Part shown: positions 47,301 through 56,937 of the stretch, one piece after another
Layout of the letters: the number at the start of each line of letters is the position of its first letter
How positions within the stretch are numbered: the first letter of the stretch is position 1
DNA from: a virus
Lineage: Duplodnaviria; Caudoviricetes
IMG/VR virus record: IMGVR_UViG_3300033475_000013
Coordinates: 13,944-77,943 of that record
Direction: 5' to 3' (one strand)
DNA: 64,000 nucleotides
Position numbers and translations under genes: made by a program
Notes under the pieces: generated by a model
Databases searched by the model: none
Told to the model about the DNA's origin: nothing
The model's input: only the letters and a program-made list of their open reading frames with translations

Positions 47301-48496
47301 GTCCTGATCCTGATAAAACTTTTGATTATTGGGATAAGTGCGATGGTAGAGTGTCTACTACGTATCAAAATTTACCGATTTCAAAATTCAAGACTACGCT
47401 GGCTCGATTCGGAGGCAAGATAGTGGAGCAGTCTTATGTGAATAATCTCAACAATTTTGTTGACGAAAATCAGTTTTTATATCCTTCAGAGTATGGACGA
47501 ATCAGAAATCTGATCAATACTTCTAATGCCCAAGTTGAATCTGTAGGAAGTATTCTTCTGGCCATTGGTGAGCGAGAAGCATGGAGCATCTATGTTAATC
47601 GCACAACACTTGAAGATCTTAGTGGTAATACCCAGGTTGGGTTAAGTGATCAGATACTTGGTAGTTATAATACATTACTTGGTAGCCATGGCACATTAAA
47701 TCCTGAGTCTGTATCAAAATATCGTGGTAATGTTTACTGGTGGGATCAGATCAATGGATCATGGGTACGCTACGGTCGTGATGGGCTTACGCCAATTTCT
47801 GATTATAAAAAGAGAAACTGGTTTAAGGAATTAGGAACCTTACTAATGCCTTATTATTTCTCTGGTGAAATTCCTGTTGTGATGAGTGAGTTTGATCCAT
47901 TCAATATGGAACTTGTTACATTTATGAGTCATAGTTTATTACCTGCTACATTCAGAGGATATGATGATTATAAGGGTGATACCTTCAGTGAGAACGATAA
48001 GCGATGGAAACATTGCCATTCTTATAAGCCTGAGATGTTTGCCAAAATGAATAATCAATTGTATTATTTTGATGGTGGCACTATTTATCAATTAGAAGCT
48101 GGTCCGGATTATAATACTTTTTCAGGAATCAAGTATGATTCAATGATTGAGCCAGTGTTTAATACTGATGTTACTGATGTTAAACACTGGAGAAATATTG
48201 CTTACATTACTACTGATCGGTGGTCAGTTGAACGAATTTTAAGTGAATATCGTGGCAATAAGGCTTTGCAGCAATCAAGAATACAGCTTGAGGCTTTTGA
48301 ATTGAAGGAAGATACGTATTGGGCAGCTATTAAAAATGACATAAATACTCCAAATGTTTTAAATCCTATTGTAGAAGGAGCGCCGATGAGAAGCAAAGCT
48401 ATCCAGGTTTTAATGAAGCTTGATCCAGCAGTTGATTACCTGAGCTTATTCCATTTTGCATTTGGCTTGTACGATGAATCACCAATAAATACGTAA
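44366..48496 (+). CDS. Tail stabilisation / muzzle-like protein (1376 aa)
   Basis: N-terminal GDYRYALNLRI...GDGENIKST; propeller-like repeats; HGTLNPESV and YSEN...W..CHSY.P near the C-terminus. Confidence 0.7.
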   Translation: MNKNPNSKFTPLGGANQDDSLITPSPDAAGRSLFENGDYRYALNLRIGSSRGSNFGDGENIKSTLALENYIGYDRQTWENSPTNFPGSLSGWSVYNSGTDLAFTYGSTPPNIFPGAKVSINLSTIKQTVTLYQVHPISVGDYLTLSYAFTRNLVNPSSLLIVGLYLVYLDGSGTEIASTLIDNLNSYSSSIGHPSNVISLYATQNCAAIGFKIKNTTTAGSTIEYVVDQFKIDQVFNTIVTTPPVGNNKVIGRYEDVEFQRIYKFVYNSNSNHTISYFDPNTSTTYEILRWSGLSFQSNYFVKAAKLDNWLAFTDRNNAPRLIDTDSIQSLFLQLGSTNFREFHISFHKWAPTVPPIPRNFFDTTTNVNNFEKLKNKLLQFSYRYIYFGNLKSRWSPISKGCITNICGSYYSTAPVGQPIQTQKITSIEVDIPGCIYDDPTSSAQYNYFDHTDLKFKVAVQYIELAFRESELDLWKQWKTVDVNNGYNRYQYFDGSATLTPLAQDDFNQPFDTVPFKAGTVEAVDNRFVFADILDEQPAATGLSVGNISIAKNGDWATSVNTEFPSLTPPQRADILRKNSLSNFNFKDRAIYKIGIQWLHKTGWRSAIYTTDQFIYNVDDNNVGSINAQVAFNFLLSVTPPDWAVGYQLFRTNALNIDAFIYGIANKFVPLVDDVSTILDQTTLPDNIKDRIRQHFENSRIIDGNDVIKQAEIEVNAAIQADKNKNKNRNNFLKLQENIGKGSGVLELYGTNRALNKYLRSNPIAVKLIPELRKTKAINVLADSSRIYIDINNWYSGSKKGLNKENPLNKLYYNYREGDRVRFVGSDVASPSNASQLKEYDVPIIEFTGKGIIIEKPATMLWMQAEGALGGFYYYNIEIYTQKTPDLADHLLYEVGEWYPVLYPGASNRALSKSDFVYTNNAAVTSVTYGPFNIFNKIPFFYADCYIVPKTVYRDTYAISPDVAQSTGNPSSGVNLSMSPDPDKTFDYWDKCDGRVSTTYQNLPISKFKTTLARFGGKIVEQSYVNNLNNFVDENQFLYPSEYGRIRNLINTSNAQVESVGSILLAIGEREAWSIYVNRTTLEDLSGNTQVGLSDQILGSYNTLLGSHGTLNPESVSKYRGNVYWWDQINGSWVRYGRDGLTPISDYKKRNWFKELGTLLMPYYFSGEIPVVMSEFDPFNMELVTFMSHSLLPATFRGYDDYKGDTFSENDKRWKHCHSYKPEMFAKMNNQLYYFDGGTIYQLEAGPDYNTFSGIKYDSMIEPVFNTDVTDVKHWRNIAYITTDRWSVERILSEYRGNKALQQSRIQLEAFELKEDTYWAAIKNDINTPNVLNPIVEGAPMRSKAIQVLMKLDPAVDYLSLFHFAFGLYDESPINT

Positions 48497-48527
48497 GGAA
48501 TCACTAAATTGTATCAAAATTACGATT

Positions 48528-49082
48528 ATGGGACTAGGAACAGCAGTATCGCTCATATCCGAAATATCCAAGGATAAAAATAGCAAGGCTTTAAAGCGCC
48601 AGATTGCCCGTGCTCCTAAATATACTATCAATGATGAGGCTTATCAGAACAAGGCGGTAGCGGAGGGACAAGCTTTTGGACGCGACCGATCGATGATGAT
48701 GGCGCAGCAAAATTTAGAGCAAGATGCCGCTAATGCTGCAAATCAAGCCAAACAAGTTACAGGGAGCACATCTGGATTATTGAGTACCATCGCAGCTATC
48801 AATGCTAATAAAAACACCAACATACGTGGTATCGCCCAGGATGAAGCTTCTCTTCAGAATCAAAAAATTCAGCAATTATACAATGTCAATAATCAGATGA
48901 TTGATGAGAAGGATAAGGCATGGAATTATAATGTTAATATGCCATATCAGATGAAGATTGCTGCATTACGTGATAAAATTCAATCGAACACTGAGATGTC
49001 TGCTAAAGGACTTGATTACGAAACTTCAACATCAACTGCCTTCATGGGCTCTATGGGCTCAATGATGGGAGGAGGAGCATAA
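48528..49082 (+). CDS. Ejection/cargo-like protein 1
   Basis: A/Q/N-rich helical protein with Gly-rich ends; first of three genes of increasing size. Confidence 0.6.
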   Translation: MGLGTAVSLISEISKDKNSKALKRQIARAPKYTINDEAYQNKAVAEGQAFGRDRSMMMAQQNLEQDAANAANQAKQVTGSTSGLLSTIAAINANKNTNIRGIAQDEASLQNQKIQQLYNVNNQMIDEKDKAWNYNVNMPYQMKIAALRDKIQSNTEMSAKGLDYETSTSTAFMGSMGSMMGGGA

Positions 49083-49085
49083 ACT

Positions 49086-51002
49086 ATGGCATATAGGGAA
49101 TTCCATCACGAGAAAACTTACGCCAAGCCAGACTTGAGCCATTTTTTGGATGCCTCTACTCAGGCTGTGTCCAATCTATTTCAATCCCTTGCACAACAAC
49201 ATAGGCAGAAGCAAAAGAATGTTGATCAGTTTAATTATGATCTCACTAATGGGAAGTTTGAAAATGATCAAAAAATACTCAGTGAATATGCTACTAATGT
49301 AGTTAACCGGGGAAAGCAGGAAATCTTAAATAATGGTAAGACTTCCAGTGAGACTGCTGGTATGATGAATCAAGGCAAGACATGGCAGCAAATGAGCCAG
49401 ATTCAATTTGAAAAAGCAAAGAATCTACAGGCTGAAGTCTTGGCCCGAGACTCTAAAGATCCTTATTATGATGCCCAGGTTGATTTAGCGAAAGTTAAAG
49501 AGGCTACCAACGGTAAAGATAATGAGGTTAATTTCTTAGATCGTGGTAATAGACTAGCTGAAGCAGAGAAAAATCTTGGCGGAGTTGATGCTTTCAAATA
49601 TGCTAATTACCGCGCTGATTATGTTAAAAATTTAGGGAATGCCTACAAAGAAAAAACAGTAGGTAATCCTAACGCTACAAAAACTCAATATGATCAGAGT
49701 ACTTTCTGGCTTCCAAATGGAAAGCCTGGTGTTTCTGATGATCACGCTATTGAGTACATAAAAAGTGATCCGCAAGGCCGGGTTGATGCTTATTTCAATA
49801 AACGTGTTAATGACCAACTTGACTCTGAGATCAGTAAGATGAAGGCTAGTGGCGACACGCGTGTATCTTGGATGAAGGGAATGAAGGATGAGGATATCAA
49901 AAACGAACTAATCAATGATCCATCAAAAAATATCATCAATAAACAGGATTTTGGTATTCGTAAAAGAGAATTAGCAAAGGCTGATTTATCTGAAGCGAAC
50001 AGAATTAACAGTAAAATATCTGTTGATTATAAAGCCGCAAAGAATGATTCTCAAGGACTTTATAAGAATGAAAATATTGTTCATAGCTATTCATTCAACA
50101 ATGATAAAATGATGGCGCAATTTCGGACTGGTGAAAATAAAATCATCCTTCCGAATGCCAATGGCGAAAACTCAACCAATACTTATAATCCAGGACCGGG
50201 TGGTGTACTCTTCCAAAAGAATGGGAAACCTTTGCAGTTCACCTCCAATAATCCTGTTAGCACAGATTTGAATACCGGCACAACCAGCAAATCAAAAATT
50301 GGGAGCAGACCTTTTAATCTTACTTCGTATCAGTTGCAGGCATTCAATAAAAATGGATATCCGGTAACTATTCAGGGTAATTCACCTGATGAAATGATAG
50401 AGAGTATCAAAAAGTTACCTAATGAACATTTTGATCCAAACGGTTCTTACAAACTTAATCCTGAGATGAGTATAGCTCTTCAGGGATACTCTGTGAATCC
50501 AGCAAATATTTTGAATGCAGCCAATAACCAGGAGCAATCCATAAACTCAAAAATTGCTGCCGCTCAAAATGATAACGATGATAATGAGGTTAGCGTACAG
50601 GAAAAAAATCTGGAGAAAATTCAGATTTTAAAATCTATGATTCAGGCTGGTGTTGATGATCAGGAGTTATCGCTTGCTGCAAGCCGTGCTGGAATTAAAG
50701 GTGTTCAGACTAATGAAATTGTACAGGCTACTGATACTGATCTTGGGTCTGTGAAAGCCATCACACAAGGTCTTGATTTGAAGAATCCTGATTATTGGAA
50801 TGATGGCATGCGCCGGGTACATGAAGCTTACAAAGCAAAAGCACAGGATGCCGCTGCGTCTGGATATAAATCAGAGAAACCAAAGACTGTTCGGAAACAA
50901 AAAGTGAATGTTTCCGCTGAAGATTTTGATACAAAATGGAAATCATTGAAATCAGGAGAAAGTTTAGTTGGTCCTGATGGCAAAACTTATACTAAAAAAT
51001 AA
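49086..51002 (+). CDS. Ejection/cargo-like protein 2 (638 aa)
   Basis: Helical, hydrophilic; synteny. Confidence 0.6.
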   Translation: MAYREFHHEKTYAKPDLSHFLDASTQAVSNLFQSLAQQHRQKQKNVDQFNYDLTNGKFENDQKILSEYATNVVNRGKQEILNNGKTSSETAGMMNQGKTWQQMSQIQFEKAKNLQAEVLARDSKDPYYDAQVDLAKVKEATNGKDNEVNFLDRGNRLAEAEKNLGGVDAFKYANYRADYVKNLGNAYKEKTVGNPNATKTQYDQSTFWLPNGKPGVSDDHAIEYIKSDPQGRVDAYFNKRVNDQLDSEISKMKASGDTRVSWMKGMKDEDIKNELINDPSKNIINKQDFGIRKRELAKADLSEANRINSKISVDYKAAKNDSQGLYKNENIVHSYSFNNDKMMAQFRTGENKIILPNANGENSTNTYNPGPGGVLFQKNGKPLQFTSNNPVSTDLNTGTTSKSKIGSRPFNLTSYQLQAFNKNGYPVTIQGNSPDEMIESIKKLPNEHFDPNGSYKLNPEMSIALQGYSVNPANILNAANNQEQSINSKIAAAQNDNDDNEVSVQEKNLEKIQILKSMIQAGVDDQELSLAASRAGIKGVQTNEIVQATDTDLGSVKAITQGLDLKNPDYWNDGMRRVHEAYKAKAQDAAASGYKSEKPKTVRKQKVNVSAEDFDTKWKSLKSGESLVGPDGKTYTKK

Positions 51003-54000
51003 TGGGAAAGCAGGTTAAAGGATGGGTGCCGCCAGAAGATGCTGTTGAATCAACAGTAATAGAAGAATCTGGTTCATCTGAAGGCACTCCATCATGGACT
51101 CCTCCGGCAGACGCTATTGTATCTGAACCTGTAAAAAAAAAAGATCAATCAGTTTCTTCGAGCGACTCAAGCGTTCCTGGCGAGCCTTCTGGAAAGAGTA
51201 CAACAAATATTCAATTAAGCGATCAGCAAAAACAAACTCTGCTAAAAAACACCGCTCCAAAAACAGAGCAGCAAAAACTATTTGAGAGCACTCAGAAGAC
51301 CGCTGATGAACGTAGCGCACGAGAGTTTGTCACTGGTGAAAAAGAATCTAAAGATTTCATCTCTTCCTTAACAAGCACCATTCATAGTGGTATTGTTGAT
51401 CAATTGCCAAAAGAATATTATACGCAACGCCTGCGGATGAGTAAAGGTGACTTTACTGATCTGTATGATAAGCGTAGTGATCTGAATGCTTTTGGCGCAG
51501 ACTCATTCACCAATAAATTACCGAAAGGAACTTCACTTAATGATTTTACTGAATGGAATTTAAAGCAGCCAAGTGCCATTTCTAAAAAGTCAATCAATGA
51601 GCGTGCTAAAATATTTTTAACTGAAAAGTTAGGAGCAAAAGGATTTGAAGATTTAAAATCACAGTTCGCTGTAAAAAATGTAGAACAGCGTTTAGGTTTT
51701 GAGAAAAACATCGAAGAACAAAATATTGAAGCTGGTTCTAAATTAAAAGGTGTCATTCAGGATTTGAAAGAAGTTAATGGCGCTGGTGACTTTCTGAGTT
51801 TTGCCGGTAATATGATTGGGCAAGCTGTATACCGTGCGCCAACATCTATTGTAGGTGGTCCTACTGGATCAATCATATCAGAGTCGGCCGCTATCTATGA
51901 TCGCCAGCTTGATCTTATTGCTGAGAATGAAAGCCAGAAGGAAGGAAGACCAGTTACCCGGGCAGAAGTAGTTGAGCGTGGATTAGATAAGCCCGCTGAA
52001 GGACAAGCCTTGGCGGTACTTGCTGGATCACTTGATGCTTTGAGTGAATTTAATCTGATCGGTATGTTTAAAAAAGCAGCTGGTAAACAGTTGACTCAAA
52101 GCATGGCAAAGCAATTTGCGAAAGGATTTGTTCGGGGTGCCGCGCCGGAAGTAGCAACTGAAGTTGCCCAGGGAGAACTTGAAGAATTTGCTGCCTCTAA
52201 AGGTGCTGGCGTTGAATATCATCCTGATGGCTGGAGAATGGCTACCTCTGCCGTTGGTGCATTAATAGGCGGAGGTGCCATTGGTGGATTGTCAACTGTT
52301 AAGTTATCAGAACATCAACAAGAACAATCAGCACCGGAATTAGTTAAAGAACAGACAGAGAATTTATCATCAACAGATACTCATTTCATTGAGCAAGCTG
52401 CTGATGTGATTGATAAAAAAGTTCAGGGTAGTCCTGATGATGCTACCGTTGCACTGGAGAAACCAAAAGAGGAAGAACCAGTGAGTAATGTAACAATAGA
52501 ACATACTTTACCAACAACAAAACCAGAAGACAATGCCATTCAAGAGCAACGCACAGAGGAAATACTTCAACGTCAACCGGAAGAAACTGGAAGCTCAGGG
52601 AGTGAACGTGGACGAGTGGAACGAAGCCAGCAAGGGGAAAGTACTACCGGAGAAAGTGGGCAAGAAGAAAAGCCTGCTACACAGAATGAAGGAACGGAAG
52701 AAAACCAAATAAACGATGAAAGTCTACAGCAACAAAAAGAAACCGAAGCTGGGATCGGGGGAACGGTTCAAGGAACTGAAGAACAAACTCAGCCATCAGA
52801 AGGGAGTGAAGAATCCAGCAGCAATCGCGGCAGCGGCGGGAATGAAAAAATACGGCAAGGAGAAGATGGAGGAAATGGCACAGAAGGGCAAAAAGAAGTA
52901 AATAAAAAGTCACTTCTTAATCGAGCTTATAAAGGAGCTACTGATGAACAAGTAAAAGCATCAATTGAAAAGCATGGATTAAACTATGAAGTGGAAAGCC
53001 ATGTTGCTGCTGAAAAATCTGCTGCCAATTTTATTAAAGATGTTGGTATTGATAATGCTATTGAAGCCGTTCGAAAGAATGAAGTAGATGATGGTGCCGC
53101 TGCATTTGTATGGTCAAAAGCTATTGATGATGTTGGTGAAAAATTATCTAAGACATCTTCTCCAGAAGAAATAAAAACATTGACAGATCAGCAGACAGCA
53201 CTTATTGATGAGTTCGATAAAAAGGCACGATCTGGCGGACGCTTCATATCTGCTCTCCAAGAAGTTTACCGCTCGTCTGATTTTGGGTACAGTAAAGACT
53301 ATCAAGTCAAAAAATATAAAGAGGTTAATAATGGTAAAATATCTTCTGAGATAGAGGCTAAATTCACTGAACTTGAAAAGCAATTAAAAGAAGTCAATGC
53401 TAAACTGAAGGCATATGAGGAATCGCAAGCTAAATCTAAGTCGAAAGAGTCAGTTCAGAATCTTCGCGTGGATTTGCAGGCTCAAAAAGAAAAGAGGATT
53501 AAACTGGCTGCCGAAAAGAAAGCTAAGATTGATGAATTTTTCAATTCTCTTAAAGTAAAGAATGAACCCGGTAAGCTAAACTCCATCACCCAGGTAATTG
53601 GTGAGGCTGTATGGAATGGATCAATCGAAGTAATGCGTAAGGCTGTGATGGCCGGTGCTGATGTAGCCATGGCAATACAATCTGGTATTGACTATATCAA
53701 TGAGCATTATCGTGGTGATGATTTTAAAGAAGAGGACTTCAGGACCATGATGCAGCCAGGCATCGAGCAATTAATTCCTTCCTCTGAAGAATCAAAGATC
53801 AGTAAGCCAAAAATGAAAGATGGTAAACTGATTATTCCATCCGCCATGGTCCGCCAATTGGTTGAAGAGGGTGTTGATAATATTGAAGACCTAACACAAT
53901 CCATCCATGATCTGATTAAAGATGAGATGCCTGATGTATCGCTTCGTGAAGTGCGTGATGCCATCACGAAGTATGGTGAGACGAGATCATTATCCCAGGA

Positions 54001-55996
54001 TGAGATTAATACCAAAATACGTGAGTTAAAACGTGTAGGTAAACTGGTGTCTGCATTGGAGGATGTTCAGAATAAATTACGTCCGCTTCGTAGTGGAGTT
54101 CAGCGTGATAAACTCACTGACCAGGAGCGCCGCATGCAGCGTGAGATTAAAGAGGCAATGAAAGATTTGCCGGTTGATGAAGCAGAGCAGGCTGAAGCAT
54201 GGAAAAATGCACTTGATGCTGTAAAGTCAAGACTTAAAAATAGTATTACTGATCTTGAGGAACAGATTAAAACCGGGGCTAAAACGCCAAAGAAAAAAGG
54301 TATTGAGTATGATCAGGAGGCTAAAGATTTAAAACAACAGCGCGATGATCTGAAAAAAATATTGGAAGCCACTGAGGGCAAGCAGACTTTATCCGATGAG
54401 CAGAAAACCAGAAATGCTGTAAATGCTACTCAAAAGGCTATTGATGAGTATGAACGCCGTATATCAGAAAAGGATTTTTCAGTTAAGCAGAAGTCAACCA
54501 CTAAAGAAACTCAGGAGTTAAAAGATCTTCGCGATGCCAGAGATAAACTGAAATTCACTTACAAGCAACTTGAAAAAGATTTAGGCGTGGCTGATAAGAA
54601 GCGTCTTGAGAATTATAAAAAAGCTATCAAAAAATCAGTCTCTTCTTACGAAGATCGAATTAAAAAGAAAGATTTTACAAAACCTGTAAAAGCAAAGCCA
54701 TTAGCATTAGACAAAGAAGCCTCTGACTTAAAATTGGAGCGCGATAAAATAAAAGCTCAGTTTGATGTTGAGCAAGAAAAGGTAAGGTTGGCTAATAGGC
54801 CAATGAGTGAAAAGATATGGGATACAGCGGTAGACGTATGGAATTTACCAAAATCATTTCTTGCGTCTATTGATATGTCTGCTCCATTCCGCCAGGGTGC
54901 CTTATTATCGGCTGCTAATCCAAAAGCTGGTGGCAGATCATTTGTCGAAATGTTTAAGCAGGCATTCTCTCAAAAGAAAGCTGATGAATGGCTATTGAAG
55001 TTAAAGGATAGTCCAGAGTATCAGTTGATGAAACAGAGCAAACTTTATATTGCTGAGTCAAATACAAAATTAACTGCGAAAGAAGAACAATTCTTATCCA
55101 ATCTTGCCAGTAAAATACCTGTTATTGGAAGACTGGTAAAAGGTAGTGAACGTGCTTACTCAGGATATCTAAACAAACTTCGTGTAGATGTTTTTGCTAA
55201 TGGTGTTGATCGATTAATGGAGCAAGGTATCACGCCAGAATCAAATCCTGAAGCATATAAGGCATGGGCAAGCTTTATTAATAACGCCACCGGACGTGGA
55301 AATCTTGGAGCCCTCGAAACTTCTGCTACAGTGCTTAATGGATTCTTCTTCTCTCCAAGATATTTAGCCTCAAGAGTTAATTTATTGAATCCGGTTACAT
55401 ACGCAAAGATGCCAGCGCCAGTAAGGAAAATGGCAATAAAAAATATTTTGGCTTATGCTGCTTTTGGAACATTAGTTATAACCCTGGCGGCAGCTGCTGG
55501 AGCAGATGTTGAACATGATCCTCGCTCTTCTGATTTTGGAAAAATTAAAATAGGGAATACTCGATATGATTTATGGGCTGGCTTTCAGCAAATCATTAGG
55601 CTTATTGCTCAATTGGCTACCGGAGAACGAAAAAGCACTACTACTGGAGAAATTATTAAAATTGATGGTAAGAAGTTTCCATTTGAGGATAGAAGCGATG
55701 TGATTAAACGCTTCTTCCGCTCTAAATTAGCACCAACAGCCAGCACAGCGGTTAATTTATTGACAGGAAAAGATGTTGTCGGTAATGAGGTAACTATCCA
55801 AGGAGAAGCTATTAAAAATGTTATTCCATTATATCTTCAGGATATTGCTTCTATCTATAAAACAGAAGGACCAACAGTGCTTATTGAATCAATGATCCCT
55901 GCATTCTTTGGCATCGGAGTGCAGAATTATGAAGCTAAAAAAGCTGGCAAAAAGAAGAAAAAGCAACGTGAGGATAGCTTAGGATTCACGTATTAA
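51002..55996 (+). CDS. Large ejection/cargo-like protein 3 (1664 aa)
   Basis: Gly/Ala-rich hydrophobic segment, coiled coils, C-terminal INNATGRG...FFSPRY...DPRSSDFGKIKIG region. Confidence 0.75.
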   Translation: MGKQVKGWVPPEDAVESTVIEESGSSEGTPSWTPPADAIVSEPVKKKDQSVSSSDSSVPGEPSGKSTTNIQLSDQQKQTLLKNTAPKTEQQKLFESTQKTADERSAREFVTGEKESKDFISSLTSTIHSGIVDQLPKEYYTQRLRMSKGDFTDLYDKRSDLNAFGADSFTNKLPKGTSLNDFTEWNLKQPSAISKKSINERAKIFLTEKLGAKGFEDLKSQFAVKNVEQRLGFEKNIEEQNIEAGSKLKGVIQDLKEVNGAGDFLSFAGNMIGQAVYRAPTSIVGGPTGSIISESAAIYDRQLDLIAENESQKEGRPVTRAEVVERGLDKPAEGQALAVLAGSLDALSEFNLIGMFKKAAGKQLTQSMAKQFAKGFVRGAAPEVATEVAQGELEEFAASKGAGVEYHPDGWRMATSAVGALIGGGAIGGLSTVKLSEHQQEQSAPELVKEQTENLSSTDTHFIEQAADVIDKKVQGSPDDATVALEKPKEEEPVSNVTIEHTLPTTKPEDNAIQEQRTEEILQRQPEETGSSGSERGRVERSQQGESTTGESGQEEKPATQNEGTEENQINDESLQQQKETEAGIGGTVQGTEEQTQPSEGSEESSSNRGSGGNEKIRQGEDGGNGTEGQKEVNKKSLLNRAYKGATDEQVKASIEKHGLNYEVESHVAAEKSAANFIKDVGIDNAIEAVRKNEVDDGAAAFVWSKAIDDVGEKLSKTSSPEEIKTLTDQQTALIDEFDKKARSGGRFISALQEVYRSSDFGYSKDYQVKKYKEVNNGKISSEIEAKFTELEKQLKEVNAKLKAYEESQAKSKSKESVQNLRVDLQAQKEKRIKLAAEKKAKIDEFFNSLKVKNEPGKLNSITQVIGEAVWNGSIEVMRKAVMAGADVAMAIQSGIDYINEHYRGDDFKEEDFRTMMQPGIEQLIPSSEESKISKPKMKDGKLIIPSAMVRQLVEEGVDNIEDLTQSIHDLIKDEMPDVSLREVRDAITKYGETRSLSQDEINTKIRELKRVGKLVSALEDVQNKLRPLRSGVQRDKLTDQERRMQREIKEAMKDLPVDEAEQAEAWKNALDAVKSRLKNSITDLEEQIKTGAKTPKKKGIEYDQEAKDLKQQRDDLKKILEATEGKQTLSDEQKTRNAVNATQKAIDEYERRISEKDFSVKQKSTTKETQELKDLRDARDKLKFTYKQLEKDLGVADKKRLENYKKAIKKSVSSYEDRIKKKDFTKPVKAKPLALDKEASDLKLERDKIKAQFDVEQEKVRLANRPMSEKIWDTAVDVWNLPKSFLASIDMSAPFRQGALLSAANPKAGGRSFVEMFKQAFSQKKADEWLLKLKDSPEYQLMKQSKLYIAESNTKLTAKEEQFLSNLASKIPVIGRLVKGSERAYSGYLNKLRVDVFANGVDRLMEQGITPESNPEAYKAWASFINNATGRGNLGALETSATVLNGFFFSPRYLASRVNLLNPVTYAKMPAPVRKMAIKNILAYAAFGTLVITLAAAAGADVEHDPRSSDFGKIKIGNTRYDLWAGFQQIIRLIAQLATGERKSTTTGEIIKIDGKKFPFEDRSDVIKRFFRSKLAPTASTAVNLLTGKDVVGNEVTIQGEAIKNVIPLYLQDIASIYKTEGPTVLIESMIPAFFGIGVQNYEAKKAGKKKKKQREDSLGFTY
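52533..52712 (+). CDS. Nested +1-frame small basic protein, MPFKS-type (59 aa)
   Basis: Manual translation MPFKSNAQRKYFNVNRKKLEAQGVNVDEWNEASKGKVLPEKVGKKKSLLHRMKERKKTK; A-rich upstream region with A at -3. Confidence 0.7.
   Translation: MPFKSNAQRKYFNVNRKKLEAQGVNVDEWNEASKGKVLPEKVGKKKSLLHRMKERKKTK
52716..52901 (+). CDS. Nested +1-frame small basic protein (61 aa)
   Basis: MKVYSNKKKPKLGSGERFKELKNKL...NPAAIAAAAGMKKYGKEKM; starts 3 nt after the first nested stop, same frame. Confidence 0.7.
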   Translation: MKVYSNKKKPKLGSGERFKELKNKLSHQKGVKNPAAIAAAAGMKKYGKEKMEEMAQKGKKK

Positions 55997-56036
55997 AAAT
56001 TATGACTAAATTTACTCATCCTTAATAATATTCACT

Positions 56037-56540
56037 ATGGTTAACGAGACACTATTTCACAATGAAAGCGCGGTCTTCAGGGCTGTTACCGGCGGAGCCT
56101 ACAACATTCCAAACTCATACGGGGATATTATGGCCGGAACATCTTTCCCAAAGAAAGGCACTATTCCAATCGCAGTAACGTCTCTTGGCACAATCACATC
56201 AGGAGGTAAATGCGTTCGTGGAGTTGGCACTCAGTTCACAAGATTATTAATAGGAAGTTATTTGTATGACGGTAATGTACTTCGTCAGATTGATTATATC
56301 GTGAGTGATACCATGCTTTTCTTAAAGCAGGCATTTCCTACTGATATTTCTGTGGGAATAGCATTGAAATTTGTGGAGCGTCAATATTATAAAATGATTA
56401 TTGCCACCAGTACCGATTCAGCCAATCCTGCTATTTTACAAGAAGCACCATTCAGGCCTAACGATAAAGTGTTTGATGGCGGCGCACCTTACAGCTACGA
56501 TGCAACAACTGGAGAAATTTCTTTCCAGGTTAGTCAATAA
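56037..56540 (+). CDS. Hypothetical protein, probably structural (167 aa)
   Basis: Beta-rich; GVGTQFT motif like fibre domains. Confidence 0.65.
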   Translation: MVNETLFHNESAVFRAVTGGAYNIPNSYGDIMAGTSFPKKGTIPIAVTSLGTITSGGKCVRGVGTQFTRLLIGSYLYDGNVLRQIDYIVSDTMLFLKQAFPTDISVGIALKFVERQYYKMIIATSTDSANPAILQEAPFRPNDKVFDGGAPYSYDATTGEISFQVSQ

Positions 56541-56591
56541 TACCGGATAAATAAGGTATTCTTGAACTATAGTTAAAGGTTAGGTAAATTT

Positions 56592-56807
56592 ATGGGGAAG
56601 AAGTTACCCATAAAGATGATGAACGGGATATATGCACTATTCTTACTTGGTTTAGCCTTGATGTACACTTCGAATAGGAGGATGCAAAAGAAAAATATAA
56701 ACCAGGATTCGATCATCAAAAATCTTAATGAACGGCTTTCAATAAGCAATCAAAAAGTTAATGACCTTGAAGAAAAAATTGCTAAACTGATTCAGAGATA
56801 TGAGTAA
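56592..56807 (+). CDS. Small TM plus coiled-coil protein
   Basis: IYALFLLGLALMY followed by a heptad region. Confidence 0.55.
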   Translation: MGKKLPIKMMNGIYALFLLGLALMYTSNRRMQKKNINQDSIIKNLNERLSISNQKVNDLEEKIAKLIQRYE

Positions 56808-56931
56808 CAAGAAAAAATCACCAAAAAAAGTTGCTAAGAAGAAACCAATCGTGAAATCTTCTAAGTCTAAAACAGCAACCACGTTGGACTCAACGCCAGA
56901 AAACCCATCACCAATTCCTCCACATAAATAA
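56800..56931 (+). CDS. Lys/Pro-rich small protein (43 aa)
   Basis: Manual translation MSNKKKSPKKVAKKKPIVKSSKSKTATTLDSTPENPSPIPPHK; fills the gap. Confidence 0.5.
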   Translation: MSNKKKSPKKVAKKKPIVKSSKSKTATTLDSTPENPSPIPPHK

Positions 56932-56937
56932 CGGAGG

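Noticed and set aside
51002-55996. Virion RNA polymerase, or DarA/DarB-like methylase-helicase domains
   Set aside because: No DxDGD-type, SAM-binding or Walker motifs could be found by eye
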